From assembly GCA_944383335.1 (NCBI GenBank), contig CALWPD010000003.1, positions 3,498 through 67,497 of the forward strand: a stretch of 64,000 bases of DNA. Reading direction: 5' to 3'. This document shows positions 54,469 through 64,000 of this stretch, in pieces (the stretch's first letter is position 1; every line of letters begins with the position of its first letter). The notes beneath the pieces were generated by a model. That model was not told the DNA's origin. It was given only the letters and a program-made list of their open reading frames with translations, and searched no databases. Origin of the DNA: an uncultured Clostridia bacterium. GTDB taxonomy: Bacteria; Bacillota; Clostridia; Christensenellales; UBA1242. A program made the position numbers and the translations under genes.

Positions 54469-54509
54469 AACATTTAGTGCCATTTAAGGTCGTTCGACCG
54501 TGAAAATTT

Positions 54510-54968
54510 TTAATACACAGCGTCAGGAGTTGAATATTCTTCAACCAAAAAAGTGCCAGGTCCATCGGCAGTCATTTCAATTTCCATATGTGTGCGAAAT
54601 ACGCCAGTTTTGGTTGTAACATATTTATTAAGTTCTTCTACTAAAGCATTATAAATTTTTTCAGCAAGTTCGGGTTTTGCCGAGTGCGTAAAGTCAGGGC
54701 GATTTGCACCTTTTGTTCTACCATAAAGAGTGAAATTACTTACAAGCATAATTTCTCCACCAACTTTTTGAATATCTAAATTCATTTTATCATTTTCATC
54801 ACGAAAGACACGCAGTTTAAGTAGCCTTTTGGCAAAGTGTGGGACCATTTCTAAGTTGTCGGTCTCATGCACTCCAAAAAGTATCAAGAAACCGCCGTCT
54901 ATATGGCTATAAAGTTTATTTTCACTGTACAATGTGCAATTTTTAACTTTTTCAACAATGGCTCTCAT
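54510..54968 (-). CDS. dtd: D-aminoacyl-tRNA deacylase
   Basis: MRAIVEKV N-terminus, VSNFTLYG and DGPGTFLVE. Confidence 0.88.
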   Translation of the reverse strand: MRAIVEKVKNCTLYSENKLYSHIDGGFLILFGVHETDNLEMVPHFAKRLLKLRVFRDENDKMNLDIQKVGGEIMLVSNFTLYGRTKGANRPDFTHSAKPELAEKIYNALVEELNKYVTTKTGVFRTHMEIEMTADGPGTFLVEEYSTPDAVY

Positions 54969-55357
54969 CTCATATCTCCTGCATCAAAATTATTTGGCAG
55001 GAGATTTTTTAACGAGTACACCTTAAAACTTTTTTCATCTTTTGCCAAAACAATTTCCATATCTTTAAACTCACTTAAAACTTGCCTACAAATACCGCAA
55101 GGTGGTGTAAAGTCGCCACTACTTGAAACAATGGCGATTGCCATAAACTCAGTTTCACCTTGCGACACCGCACAGGCGATGGCACTGCGTTCTGCGCAAA
55201 TGGATGCACCATAACTTGCATTTTCAATGTTTGTACCAACATAGTAGTTGCCACTTTTTGTTAAAATGCAAGCTCCGACTTTGAAGTGAGAATATGGCGA
55301 ATAAGAATGTTGCATACACGCCAAGGCTAAATTTATCATTTTTTTATAATCAATCAT
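54965..55357 (-). CDS. cdd: Cytidine deaminase
   Basis: CAERSAI and PCGICRQ zinc motifs. Start chosen at MIDYKK by alignment to the typical 130-aa length. The track start at 55408 is a TTG inside the tyrS promoter region. Confidence 0.85.
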   Translation of the reverse strand: MIDYKKMINLALACMQHSYSPYSHFKVGACILTKSGNYYVGTNIENASYGASICAERSAIACAVSQGETEFMAIAIVSSSGDFTPPCGICRQVLSEFKDMEIVLAKDEKSFKVYSLKNLLPNNFDAGDMR

Positions 55358-55454
55358 GCCATAATTGTACACCATCTGGTACTTTTTAACAACTGTTTTG
55401 CTTGACAAACTTTTTTTAGTATAATACTATGTCTTTACATTTAGGAGCATAGTT

Positions 55455-56705
55455 ATGGTAGATAAAACATTATTTCAAACATTAAAAAAACGGGGTCTTT
55501 TATATCAGTGTACAGACGAAGAATCACTTAAAAATCTTCTTGAAAGTGGCAAGCCTGTAACGCTCTATGAAGGCACTGATCCAACGGCAGATAGTTTGCA
55601 TATAGGCCATTGTGTACCATACTGCATATTAAGGCGTTTTCAAAAAGCAGGGCACAAAGTTATACTTTTAATGGGTGGAGCAACTGCACAAATTGGCGAT
55701 CCGAGCGGAAAGAGTGAACTTAGAAAAGTTATGGACGGTGATACAATTAACAATAATATTGAAAAAATAAAAAATTCACTTAAGATATTTTTGGACTTTG
55801 ATGGTGAAAACCCAGCAATAATTGTCAATAATTTCGATTGGTTTAAAGGGCTAAGTTATATAGATTTTATGCGAGAGGTAGGCATACATTTTAATGTCAA
55901 CAAGATGCTTTCAAGTGAAATTTATGACAATAGATTAAATGAAGGTGGTCTAACATTCTTTGAAATGGGGTATATGCCAATGCAGGCGTATGACTTTATT
56001 GAATTAAATAGAAAATATGGTTGCACACTTCAATATGGTGGTGCAGATCAGTGGGGGAATATTGTTGCAGGCGTTGAGCTTCAAAGAAAACTTAATTTCC
56101 AAAATGGTACAGATGTAAATCTAATTGGAGCAACAAACCCACTATTATTAACGCCAGACGGCAAAAAGATGGGCAAGACGGAAAGAGGTGCGATTTGGAT
56201 AGACCGAGATAAAATTTCTGCCTATGATTTCTATCAAGGTGTTTATCAAACTCCGGATGAGTGCACACGCATGATGTTTGCACTTTTCACTGATGTAGAT
56301 ATGGATGAAGTGGACAAACTCATAAAAGAAGATATTGTAAATGCGAAAAAAGTTATGGCATACGAGATAACAAAATTTGTTCGTGGAGAACAAGACGCAG
56401 TTGAAGCACAAAATGCTACAAAGGCTTTATTTGAAAATAAAGGCAGTTTAGACAATGTTCCTACTTTTAAAATAGAAAGGTCCACACTTGATAATGGTTT
56501 GGATGTTGCCACATTGTTTACGCTTTGCGGCTTATGTTCATCAAAAGGTGAAGCAAGAAGGTTGTGCATTCAGGGTGGAATTATGGTCGGTGAAAAAAAG
56601 ATTATGGATGCCAGCGCCATAGTTACAACTCAAGATTTGTCCAAGGATGGATATTTGCTCCTTAAAAAAGGGAAGAAAACATTTATAAAGTTAGAAATAA
56701 AATGA
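55455..56705 (+). CDS. tyrS: Tyrosyl-tRNA synthetase
   Basis: DPTADSLHIGH (HIGH), KMGKT (KMSKS) and a C-terminal S4-like domain. Confidence 0.95.
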   Translation: MVDKTLFQTLKKRGLLYQCTDEESLKNLLESGKPVTLYEGTDPTADSLHIGHCVPYCILRRFQKAGHKVILLMGGATAQIGDPSGKSELRKVMDGDTINNNIEKIKNSLKIFLDFDGENPAIIVNNFDWFKGLSYIDFMREVGIHFNVNKMLSSEIYDNRLNEGGLTFFEMGYMPMQAYDFIELNRKYGCTLQYGGADQWGNIVAGVELQRKLNFQNGTDVNLIGATNPLLLTPDGKKMGKTERGAIWIDRDKISAYDFYQGVYQTPDECTRMMFALFTDVDMDEVDKLIKEDIVNAKKVMAYEITKFVRGEQDAVEAQNATKALFENKGSLDNVPTFKIERSTLDNGLDVATLFTLCGLCSSKGEARRLCIQGGIMVGEKKIMDASAIVTTQDLSKDGYLLLKKGKKTFIKLEIK

Positions 56706-57049
56706 ACGTTTTAGAGATACAAAAATCAAAGTTTATTGGCTTTGCCTATAGTGTAAGTGATGTAAAGAGTGTTGAAAATATTTTAACTAAACTGAAACGG
56801 GAATACAAAAAAGCGACACATGTTTGTTTTGCTTACAAAATAAATTGTGGTGTGGAAATTGTTAAATTTTCAGATGACGGCGAACCACAAGGTACAGCGG
56901 GTAGGCCAATTTATTCAGTTATTGAAAAGAAAAAAATAGAAAATGTTTTGGTAGTTGTTATAAGATTTTTTGGTGGAATAAAACTTGGCGCAGGCGGTCT
57001 TGTCAGAGCATACACCAAAACGGCAAGTTTGGCACTAGGAGAGTTATGA
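56702..57049 (+). CDS. IMPACT/YigZ-family N-terminal domain protein
   Basis: ATHVCFAY...DDGEPQGTAGRPI...VIRFFGGIKLGAGGLVRAY. Confidence 0.8.
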   Translation: MNVLEIQKSKFIGFAYSVSDVKSVENILTKLKREYKKATHVCFAYKINCGVEIVKFSDDGEPQGTAGRPIYSVIEKKKIENVLVVVIRFFGGIKLGAGGLVRAYTKTASLALGEL

Positions 57050-57660
57050 GAATAACAAAAATAGAACAAAAAGGCAAAAGTGAAGTTTATAGAATATTTG
57101 TTGACGAAACTTTTTATTGTCTTTTGATGGCGGAAACTATTGTAAAAAATAAATTAAAAATAAATCAGGAACTGGAAGAAGAAGAATTAATAGTTTTAAA
57201 AAAACAAAGCGATAAACTTTTGGCACGGGAAATGGCGTTAAAATACGTTGAAAAAGGACTAAAAACTCAAAAGCAAGTTTATGAAAATTTAAAGAAAAAA
57301 AATATTGATGATGAAGCCATTTTTGACGCAGTCAAGTTCTTGAAAAGTTATGGGTATATCAATGATTTAACCTATGCAAAAGAGTACATTTCTTCCAAAA
57401 AGTCAAATGGAAAAAATTACTTAAAGCAAGCACTATTTGCAAAAGGCATTGATAAACAAATTATTGATGAAGTTTTGAAAGAATATCAAATTGATGAAGA
57501 TACATTAAATTTGCTAGTAAAAAAATTTATAAAAAATAAACCACAAGACGAGAAATTAAGACAAAAGGCATATAGATATATCTTGTCAAAAGGTTACACA
57601 TTTAATGAAGCAAAATTAGCAGTTGAGAAAGTTCTTGGAGAAAATAATGATTGGAATTGA
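57046..57660 (+). CDS. recX: Recombination regulator RecX
   Basis: Three-repeat helical pattern with ALKYVEKGLKTQKQVYENLKKK, SYGYINDLTYAKEY and LFAKGID. Confidence 0.78.
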   Translation: MRITKIEQKGKSEVYRIFVDETFYCLLMAETIVKNKLKINQELEEEELIVLKKQSDKLLAREMALKYVEKGLKTQKQVYENLKKKNIDDEAIFDAVKFLKSYGYINDLTYAKEYISSKKSNGKNYLKQALFAKGIDKQIIDEVLKEYQIDEDTLNLLVKKFIKNKPQDEKLRQKAYRYILSKGYTFNEAKLAVEKVLGENNDWN

Positions 57661-57982
57661 TATTTTAGAAATTGAAAGAATAAAAATTCTTGCAGATGAT
57701 GAAAATAAATTAAAAAAAATATTTACTGAAAATGAGATAAATTATTTTAATAATTTTAAAAACAAATATGAACATATTTGTGGTTTTTTTTGTGCAAAGG
57801 AAGCGGTAAAAAAAGCGCTTGATTGCCCCAACAATTTGTCTTTTTTGGATATTGAAATCTTGCACTCAAATAGTAAGAAGCCATATGTAAAAATAAATAA
57901 AAAATATGAAATAAAAAAACAAATAAAAATTTCTATCTCACATTCAAAAACATTTGCTACGGCAGTTTGCTTAATTATTTAA
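57647..57982 (+). CDS. acpS: Holo-ACP synthase
   Basis: MIGIDILEIERI N-terminus, FCAKEAVKKAL and ISISHSKTFATA. Confidence 0.88.
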   Translation: MIGIDILEIERIKILADDENKLKKIFTENEINYFNNFKNKYEHICGFFCAKEAVKKALDCPNNLSFLDIEILHSNSKKPYVKINKKYEIKKQIKISISHSKTFATAVCLII

Positions 57983-58042
57983 AGAACTATTTTTCACCTT
58001 AAGCCATCATACTTGTTATTTTGTTTTATTCAACTCCCACTT

Positions 58043-58076
58043 GTCATTTCGAGCGTCAGCGAGAAATCTCTTTTTT
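58043..58076 (+). repeat. Hairpin repeat copy (GTCATTTCGAGCGTCAGCGAGAAATCTC) followed by T6; probably doubles as the acpS terminator
   Basis: Stem ATTTC/GAAAT with inner CG-TCAG-CG, and a T-run at 58071-58076. Confidence 0.75.
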
Positions 58077-58125
58077 AAGAATATATTTTTTTGTTTTTCG
58101 CAACATATGTTTAGAAGTTTAAAAT

Positions 58126-58380
58126 ATGGAGATAAATTATATGGAAATAAATTACGATAAAATCAAAGAAGTTTTACAGAAAAATGTCGATGATTTTGAA
58201 AAGAAAAACGGCAAGGACTATTCATTTTATCTAAGTCAAAATGATGAACTTGTGCATAGTATGAAAGTGAAGGGAATGTTGTTTTCAAAACTTGATCTTG
58301 ATAGAGAATTTGAAAATGCTGACCTTTTAGACTATTTAGGGTATGAAAGGATTATATCGTGCAAGAAAGACCACAAATAA
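58126..58380 (+). CDS. Putative antitoxin of the MazF module, not RHH/MazE-like in sequence
   Basis: Overlaps the mazF start by 22 nt. Acidic/aromatic C-terminus ([18 protein letters not shown]). Begins with a 15-nt tandem duplication ([10 protein letters not shown]). The second ATG (58141) has GGAG 9 nt upstream and may be the real start. Confidence 0.55.
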   Translation: MEINYMEINYDKIKEVLQKNVDDFEKKNGKDYSFYLSQNDELVHSMKVKGMLFSKLDLDREFENADLLDYLGYERIISCKKDHK

Positions 58381-58718
58381 CAAGAGGTGATATATATTAC
58401 GCAGACCTAAGTCCTGTTGTTGGAAGCGAGCAGGGTGGACAAAGGCCTGTTTTGGTAATACAAAATAATGTAGGAAATAAATATTCACCAACTATAATTG
58501 TTGCAGCGATAACAAGTCAGCTTACAAAAGCAAAAATTCCAACACACATTGAACTTTCTTCTTCTAAATATAATTTGCCAAAGGATAGTGTTATTTTACT
58601 TGAACAAATTCGTACCATAGACAAACGTAGACTAGGCGATAAAGTATGCAAAATAGATATGGTAAAAATGAAAGAAGTCGACAAAGCAATCTTAATCAGT
58701 TTAGGTTTTTATGAATAA
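58359..58718 (+). CDS. mazF: MazF/EndoA (PemK-family) mRNA interferase toxin
   Basis: [32 protein letters not shown]...[10 protein letters not shown]...PTHIEL...[16 protein letters not shown] is near-colinear with Bacillus EndoA. GTG start with RBS GAAAGGA. Confidence 0.92.
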   Translation: MQERPQITRGDIYYADLSPVVGSEQGGQRPVLVIQNNVGNKYSPTIIVAAITSQLTKAKIPTHIELSSSKYNLPKDSVILLEQIRTIDKRRLGDKVCKIDMVKMKEVDKAILISLGFYE

Positions 58719-58753
58719 TGAATTTTAACACTAATTTTCAATTTTGCTTCACT

Positions 58754-58781
58754 GTCGTGGCTAGCGTTAGCGAAAAATCTC
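58754..58781 (+). repeat. Degenerate hairpin repeat copy (GTCGTGGCTAGCGTTAGCGAAAAATCTC)
   Basis: Same length and outer/inner landmarks as the 58043 copy, but the stem arms no longer pair. Confidence 0.55.
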
Positions 58782-58782
58782 T

Positions 58783-58816
58783 AAATTATACTTTTCATTG
58801 AGTATAATTTTTTTTA
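58783..58816 (+). terminator. Rho-independent terminator after mazF
   Basis: Stem AAATTATACT/AGTATAATTT, an 8-nt loop, then a T-run. Confidence 0.8.
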
Positions 58817-58870
58817 TTATCTAGAATTTTTTGTCAGTCATAGTTTCCTTAAAATTAGGTTGGTAAAAAG

Positions 58871-60797
<1,927 letters not shown>

Positions 60798-60818
60798 AAT
60801 ATTTGCATATAATACTCT

Positions 60819-61691
60819 ATGGGTATTATAGATATAAAAAATTTAAAAATAAATGTGCCATTGTCCAAATTCACAACTATGAGAGTTGGTGGAAACGCAC
60901 ATTTTTTTGTTGAACCAAAAAGTATAAATGAATTAATTAAAATAATTAAACTTTGTCAAAAACAAAAAATCAAATATTTCATTTTAGGCAATGGAAGTAA
61001 TGTTATTTTTTCTGACATAGGATATAATGGAATCATTATTTGTACAAAAAAATTAAATAAAACAAAAATAAAAAATAATTGTTTAATATGTGAATGCGGT
61101 ACAAATTTATATGTTTTAAATAAGCTATTAATAAATCATGGGCTTTCAGGTATGGAATTTACATATGGCATCCCGGGCACCATAGGTGGTGCAACCTTTA
61201 TGAATGCAGGCGCCTACGGTTTTGAAATGAAGGATGTCGTTCGAAAAGTTATGTTTTTTAATGGAAAAAAGATTAACATATCAAAAAATAAAAATTTAGA
61301 TTTTTCATATAGAAATTCTATATTTAAAAAGAGTAATTTTATTGTGCTAAAAGTATGGTTAAAATTAAAGAAAAAGAATATATTAGATGTCCAAGACCTT
61401 TGCATGCAAAATTTAAAAAAAAGACAAGTTTCTCAACCTTTTGAGTTTGCAAACAGCGGAAGTATTTTCAAAAAAGTAAATGGCATCAGTGCAGGAAAAA
61501 TACTTGATGAACTAAACCTTAAAGGTAAACGTGTTGGCGGGGCAGAAGTTTCAAATCTTCACGCTAATTTCATAATAAATAAAGGTAATGCAACGTCAAA
61601 TGATATAAAACAACTTGTCCAAGAAATAAAACAAGAAGTAAAAACAAAAAAAGGTATAACTTTGGAAGAAGAAGTTATATTTATTCCTTAA
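60819..61691 (+). CDS. murB: UDP-N-acetylenolpyruvoylglucosamine reductase
   Basis: FTTMRVGGNA, ILGNGSNV, GIPGTIGGA and GSIFK. Confidence 0.9.
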   Translation: MGIIDIKNLKINVPLSKFTTMRVGGNAHFFVEPKSINELIKIIKLCQKQKIKYFILGNGSNVIFSDIGYNGIIICTKKLNKTKIKNNCLICECGTNLYVLNKLLINHGLSGMEFTYGIPGTIGGATFMNAGAYGFEMKDVVRKVMFFNGKKINISKNKNLDFSYRNSIFKKSNFIVLKVWLKLKKKNILDVQDLCMQNLKKRQVSQPFEFANSGSIFKKVNGISAGKILDELNLKGKRVGGAEVSNLHANFIINKGNATSNDIKQLVQEIKQEVKTKKGITLEEEVIFIP

Positions 61692-61998
61692 AATAAGTTA
61701 CACACAAAGGCTTGCCTTTAAGTTTATTTATCGTAATTCCATTTGCTTCACACGTTTGTTCGTTTCTAAATATGCAATTTGCTTGGCAATGTATGCAACC
61801 TTTTTTAGATTCACGATGGGCGTGATATTTTGGGGGTGTTGTTCCAAAAATTTCACGCGAAGTGTCTTCCAAATTTTTTAGGTTTGGATTTTTTTCGTAA
61901 TCAGTACAATTTATTTTGTCGCCAATTAAAATTTTTCGTTTTGAGCACGAAAAACCTTTGTTATATACGCAAGTGCGTTCTCTACAAATAATATCCAT
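61681..61998 (-). CDS. DUF1540 Cys-rich protein
   Basis: Two DUF1540-type repeats: CRERTCVYNKGFSC...INCTDY and CQANCIFRNEQTCEANGITI. Confidence 0.7.
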   Translation of the reverse strand: MDIICRERTCVYNKGFSCSKRKILIGDKINCTDYEKNPNLKNLEDTSREIFGTTPPKYHAHRESKKGCIHCQANCIFRNEQTCEANGITINKLKGKPLCVTYFKE

Positions 61999-62073
61999 AT
62001 TTTTTCCTTTTACTTAAAAAGTATTGACTTATTGCACTTTATTAAACTAAAATAATTGTAAAAGGAGAAAATG

Positions 62074-62514
62074 ATGAAAGTAATTTTGCAAAAAGATGTA
62101 AAAGGCACCGGGAAAAAAGGTGATGTAGTAAATGTTGCAGATGGTTTTGCAAAAAATTTTCTTTTAAAAAATGGCTATGCAGTGCTTGCAAATAGTTCAA
62201 ATTTAAATGATACCTTAAATCAAAAAGTGGCAAAAGACTACCATAAGGAGCAGGAAAGACTTTCTGCCAAAGCGCTTGCTGACAAAATTGAAGGCAAGGT
62301 GGTAATGCTAAATATAAAAAGCGGAGAAAATGGCAAGATTTTTGGTTCCATAACGTCAAAAGAGATTGCCGATGAACTTGCAAAACTTGGTCTTATTGTG
62401 GATAAACGCAAAATTGAAATTAAAGAACCGATAAAATATACTGGAGACTATAAATTAAAAGTAAGACTTTATGAAGGTATTTCGGCAAATTTTACAGTAA
62501 AGGTTATGGCATAA
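62074..62514 (+). CDS. rplI: Ribosomal protein L9
   Basis: [30 protein letters not shown]. Tandem ATGs at 62071 and 62074 follow RBS AAAGGAG. Confidence 0.93.
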   Translation: MKVILQKDVKGTGKKGDVVNVADGFAKNFLLKNGYAVLANSSNLNDTLNQKVAKDYHKEQERLSAKALADKIEGKVVMLNIKSGENGKIFGSITSKEIADELAKLGLIVDKRKIEIKEPIKYTGDYKLKVRLYEGISANFTVKVMA

Positions 62515-62515
62515 A

Positions 62516-63304
62516 ATGAGAGTTTGTAATCTTTCATCTGGTAGCGACGGAAATTGCACCTATGTTGAAACTTCTCAGGCTAAGGTACTTGTGGACATTG
62601 GGCTTAGTGCAACTGAAATTACTAAACGATTACGCATTTTGGGTATTGACGCTAAAGATATTGACGCTATTTTAATTTCTCATGAACATAGCGACCATAT
62701 AAAAGGTTTGGATGTTTTTGCAACCAAATATAAAACAAAGGTTTATGTTCATTCCAGTGGTGTTGGTGCCGTATACATAAAAATGAAAAAACTTCCAGCA
62801 AGTCAAATATATAGTTTCGATGATTTACCTTTTACAATAAAAGATTTAACGGTAGATACAGTTTGTTTACCACATGATGCAGTGCATTGCAGTGGCTTTA
62901 TTTTGTCGCAGGGTTCAAGAAAAATTAGTATAATAACAGATTTGGGACATACTAACGATGTAATTCTTAATAAAATATGTGGCAGTACATTAGTTTATTT
63001 AGAAAGTAATCACGATGTTGATATGTTAAAAAATAATCCACATTATCCGCAACAATTAAAGGCACGAATTCTTGGAAAAAATGGACATCTATCAAATATA
63101 GATTGTGCAAAGGCGGTGGAGTATTTGGCAAAAACTGGAACAAAACAAATTATGCTTTCTCACATTTCAAGACATAACAACACCCAAAGTCTGGCATATA
63201 CATCTGTATGCAAATATTTGTCCACAGTTGGAATTGTCGAGGGGCGAGATATAAAGATTTCCACAACCAGCATAAACATGAGCACAATTTTTAAACTAAA
63301 CTAA
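62516..63304 (+). CDS. MBL-fold metallo-hydrolase (YycJ/WalJ-like)
   Basis: ISHEHSDHIKG motif, 262 aa, position between rplI and an HtrA-like protease. Confidence 0.8.
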   Translation: MRVCNLSSGSDGNCTYVETSQAKVLVDIGLSATEITKRLRILGIDAKDIDAILISHEHSDHIKGLDVFATKYKTKVYVHSSGVGAVYIKMKKLPASQIYSFDDLPFTIKDLTVDTVCLPHDAVHCSGFILSQGSRKISIITDLGHTNDVILNKICGSTLVYLESNHDVDMLKNNPHYPQQLKARILGKNGHLSNIDCAKAVEYLAKTGTKQIMLSHISRHNNTQSLAYTSVCKYLSTVGIVEGRDIKISTTSINMSTIFKLN

Positions 63305-63327
63305 ATAACTGCCCAAAAAGGAGTGAT

Positions 63328-64000
63328 ATGAAAAAGGCAGTTATTTTTTTGTGTTTTATTTTTACATTCACATTTTCTGGTTGTTTATTCAATGCAAATG
63401 TAGATACATATGACGAAAATATTGACATGACGCCACGGCAAATTCAAGTGGGCGATAAAACATCACTTGTTGATGTTATATCAAGCGTAAAAGGCGCAGT
63501 TGTGGGCGTTTTGGCGGTAACAAGTAGAGGCTATAGCATAGGCAGTGGTGTTGCAATAAGTGATGGGGGATACATTGTAACAAATCATCATGTCATAGAA
63601 AATTCTAGTGCCATAACGGTGTATTTGGCCGATCAAACAACTTCATCAGCAAAACTTTTGTATAGTGATAGTGCAATGGATATAGCGGTAATAAAGTCCG
63701 AAAAAAACTTACCACATCTTGTGTGTAGTACTGGTGCATTAAATGTCGGCGAAGATGTAATTGCCATAGGAACACCACTTTCACTTGATTTTAAAAATAC
63801 AGTTACGAAGGGAATAGTCAGTGCATTAAATCGCACAGTTGGAGTTTCAAATTTGGGCGGTTACACAACATATATGCAAAACCTAATTCAGCATGATGCC
63901 AGTATAAACCCAGGTAACAGTGGAGGCCCACTGCTTAGAACAAACGGTGAAGTGGTTGGCATAAACACTTTAAAGGCAAGTGATGCTGAGGGCATAGGGT
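63328..64000 (+). CDS. HtrA-like S1C serine protease, 3' end beyond window
   Basis: Not in the ORF track because there is no stop in the window. RBS AAAGGAG, signal/lipobox FSGC, then TNHHV (His), MDIAVIK (Asp) and GNSGGPL (Ser). Confidence 0.85.
   Translation, partial: MKKAVIFLCFIFTFTFSGCLFNANVDTYDENIDMTPRQIQVGDKTSLVDVISSVKGAVVGVLAVTSRGYSIGSGVAISDGGYIVTNHHVIENSSAITVYLADQTTSSAKLLYSDSAMDIAVIKSEKNLPHLVCSTGALNVGEDVIAIGTPLSLDFKNTVTKGIVSALNRTVGVSNLGGYTTYMQNLIQHDASINPGNSGGPLLRTNGEVVGINTLKASDAEGIG

Overview
AT-rich, gene-dense chromosomal segment of a low-GC Firmicutes/Clostridia-type organism. The sporulation regulator spo0A and Bacillus-like gene orders (tig-clpP-clpX, acpS...mazF, rplI-yycJ-htrA) support this placement. 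No statistics were computed; everything here was read by eye from the sequence and the ORF track. Most of the window is housekeeping: seven aminoacyl-tRNA synthetase genes (proS, alaS, ileS, metG, trpS, argS, tyrS), RNA-modification enzymes, RNase R, a DnaB-like/DnaI replication pair, obg, murB, nth, peptidases and five tRNAs (Leu-CAG, Gln-CTG, Gln-TTG, Lys-TTT, Leu-TAG). No rRNA, CRISPR array, intact IS element or prophage was seen. Non-core content: (1) The best candidate for an undescribed system is an orphan, translationally coupled three-gene operon at 37256-39792 (minus strand). It encodes a canonical metallophosphoesterase, a degenerate MPE-like paralog with a coiled-coil tail, and a zinc-ribbon peptide, and it sits between trpS and a tRNA cluster. 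(2) A hairpin repeat family (GTCATTCTGAG...CGAAGAATCTC) forms a 38-nt phased array and a 21-22-nt tandem array on either side of an HD-hydrolase gene next to dnaI. Copies also flank a mazF module, and two copies show compensatory stem changes. (3) A roughly 130-nt element with conserved hairpins occurs twice in inverted orientation. One copy lies just downstream of tRNA-Leu(CAG) and contains a 17-nt duplicate of that tRNA's D/anticodon arm. (4) A Fic toxin with a VbhA-like small partner sits in an islet at a broken secG-rnr neighbourhood. (5) Other items include a tandem pair of unknown paralogs with separate promoters, a Cys/Pro/His-rich small protein, a compact AlaRS, an IleRS with an atypical HIGH motif, and the absence of T-box leaders on all seven synthetase genes. 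Functional calls rest on motifs I recognise; no database search was possible.
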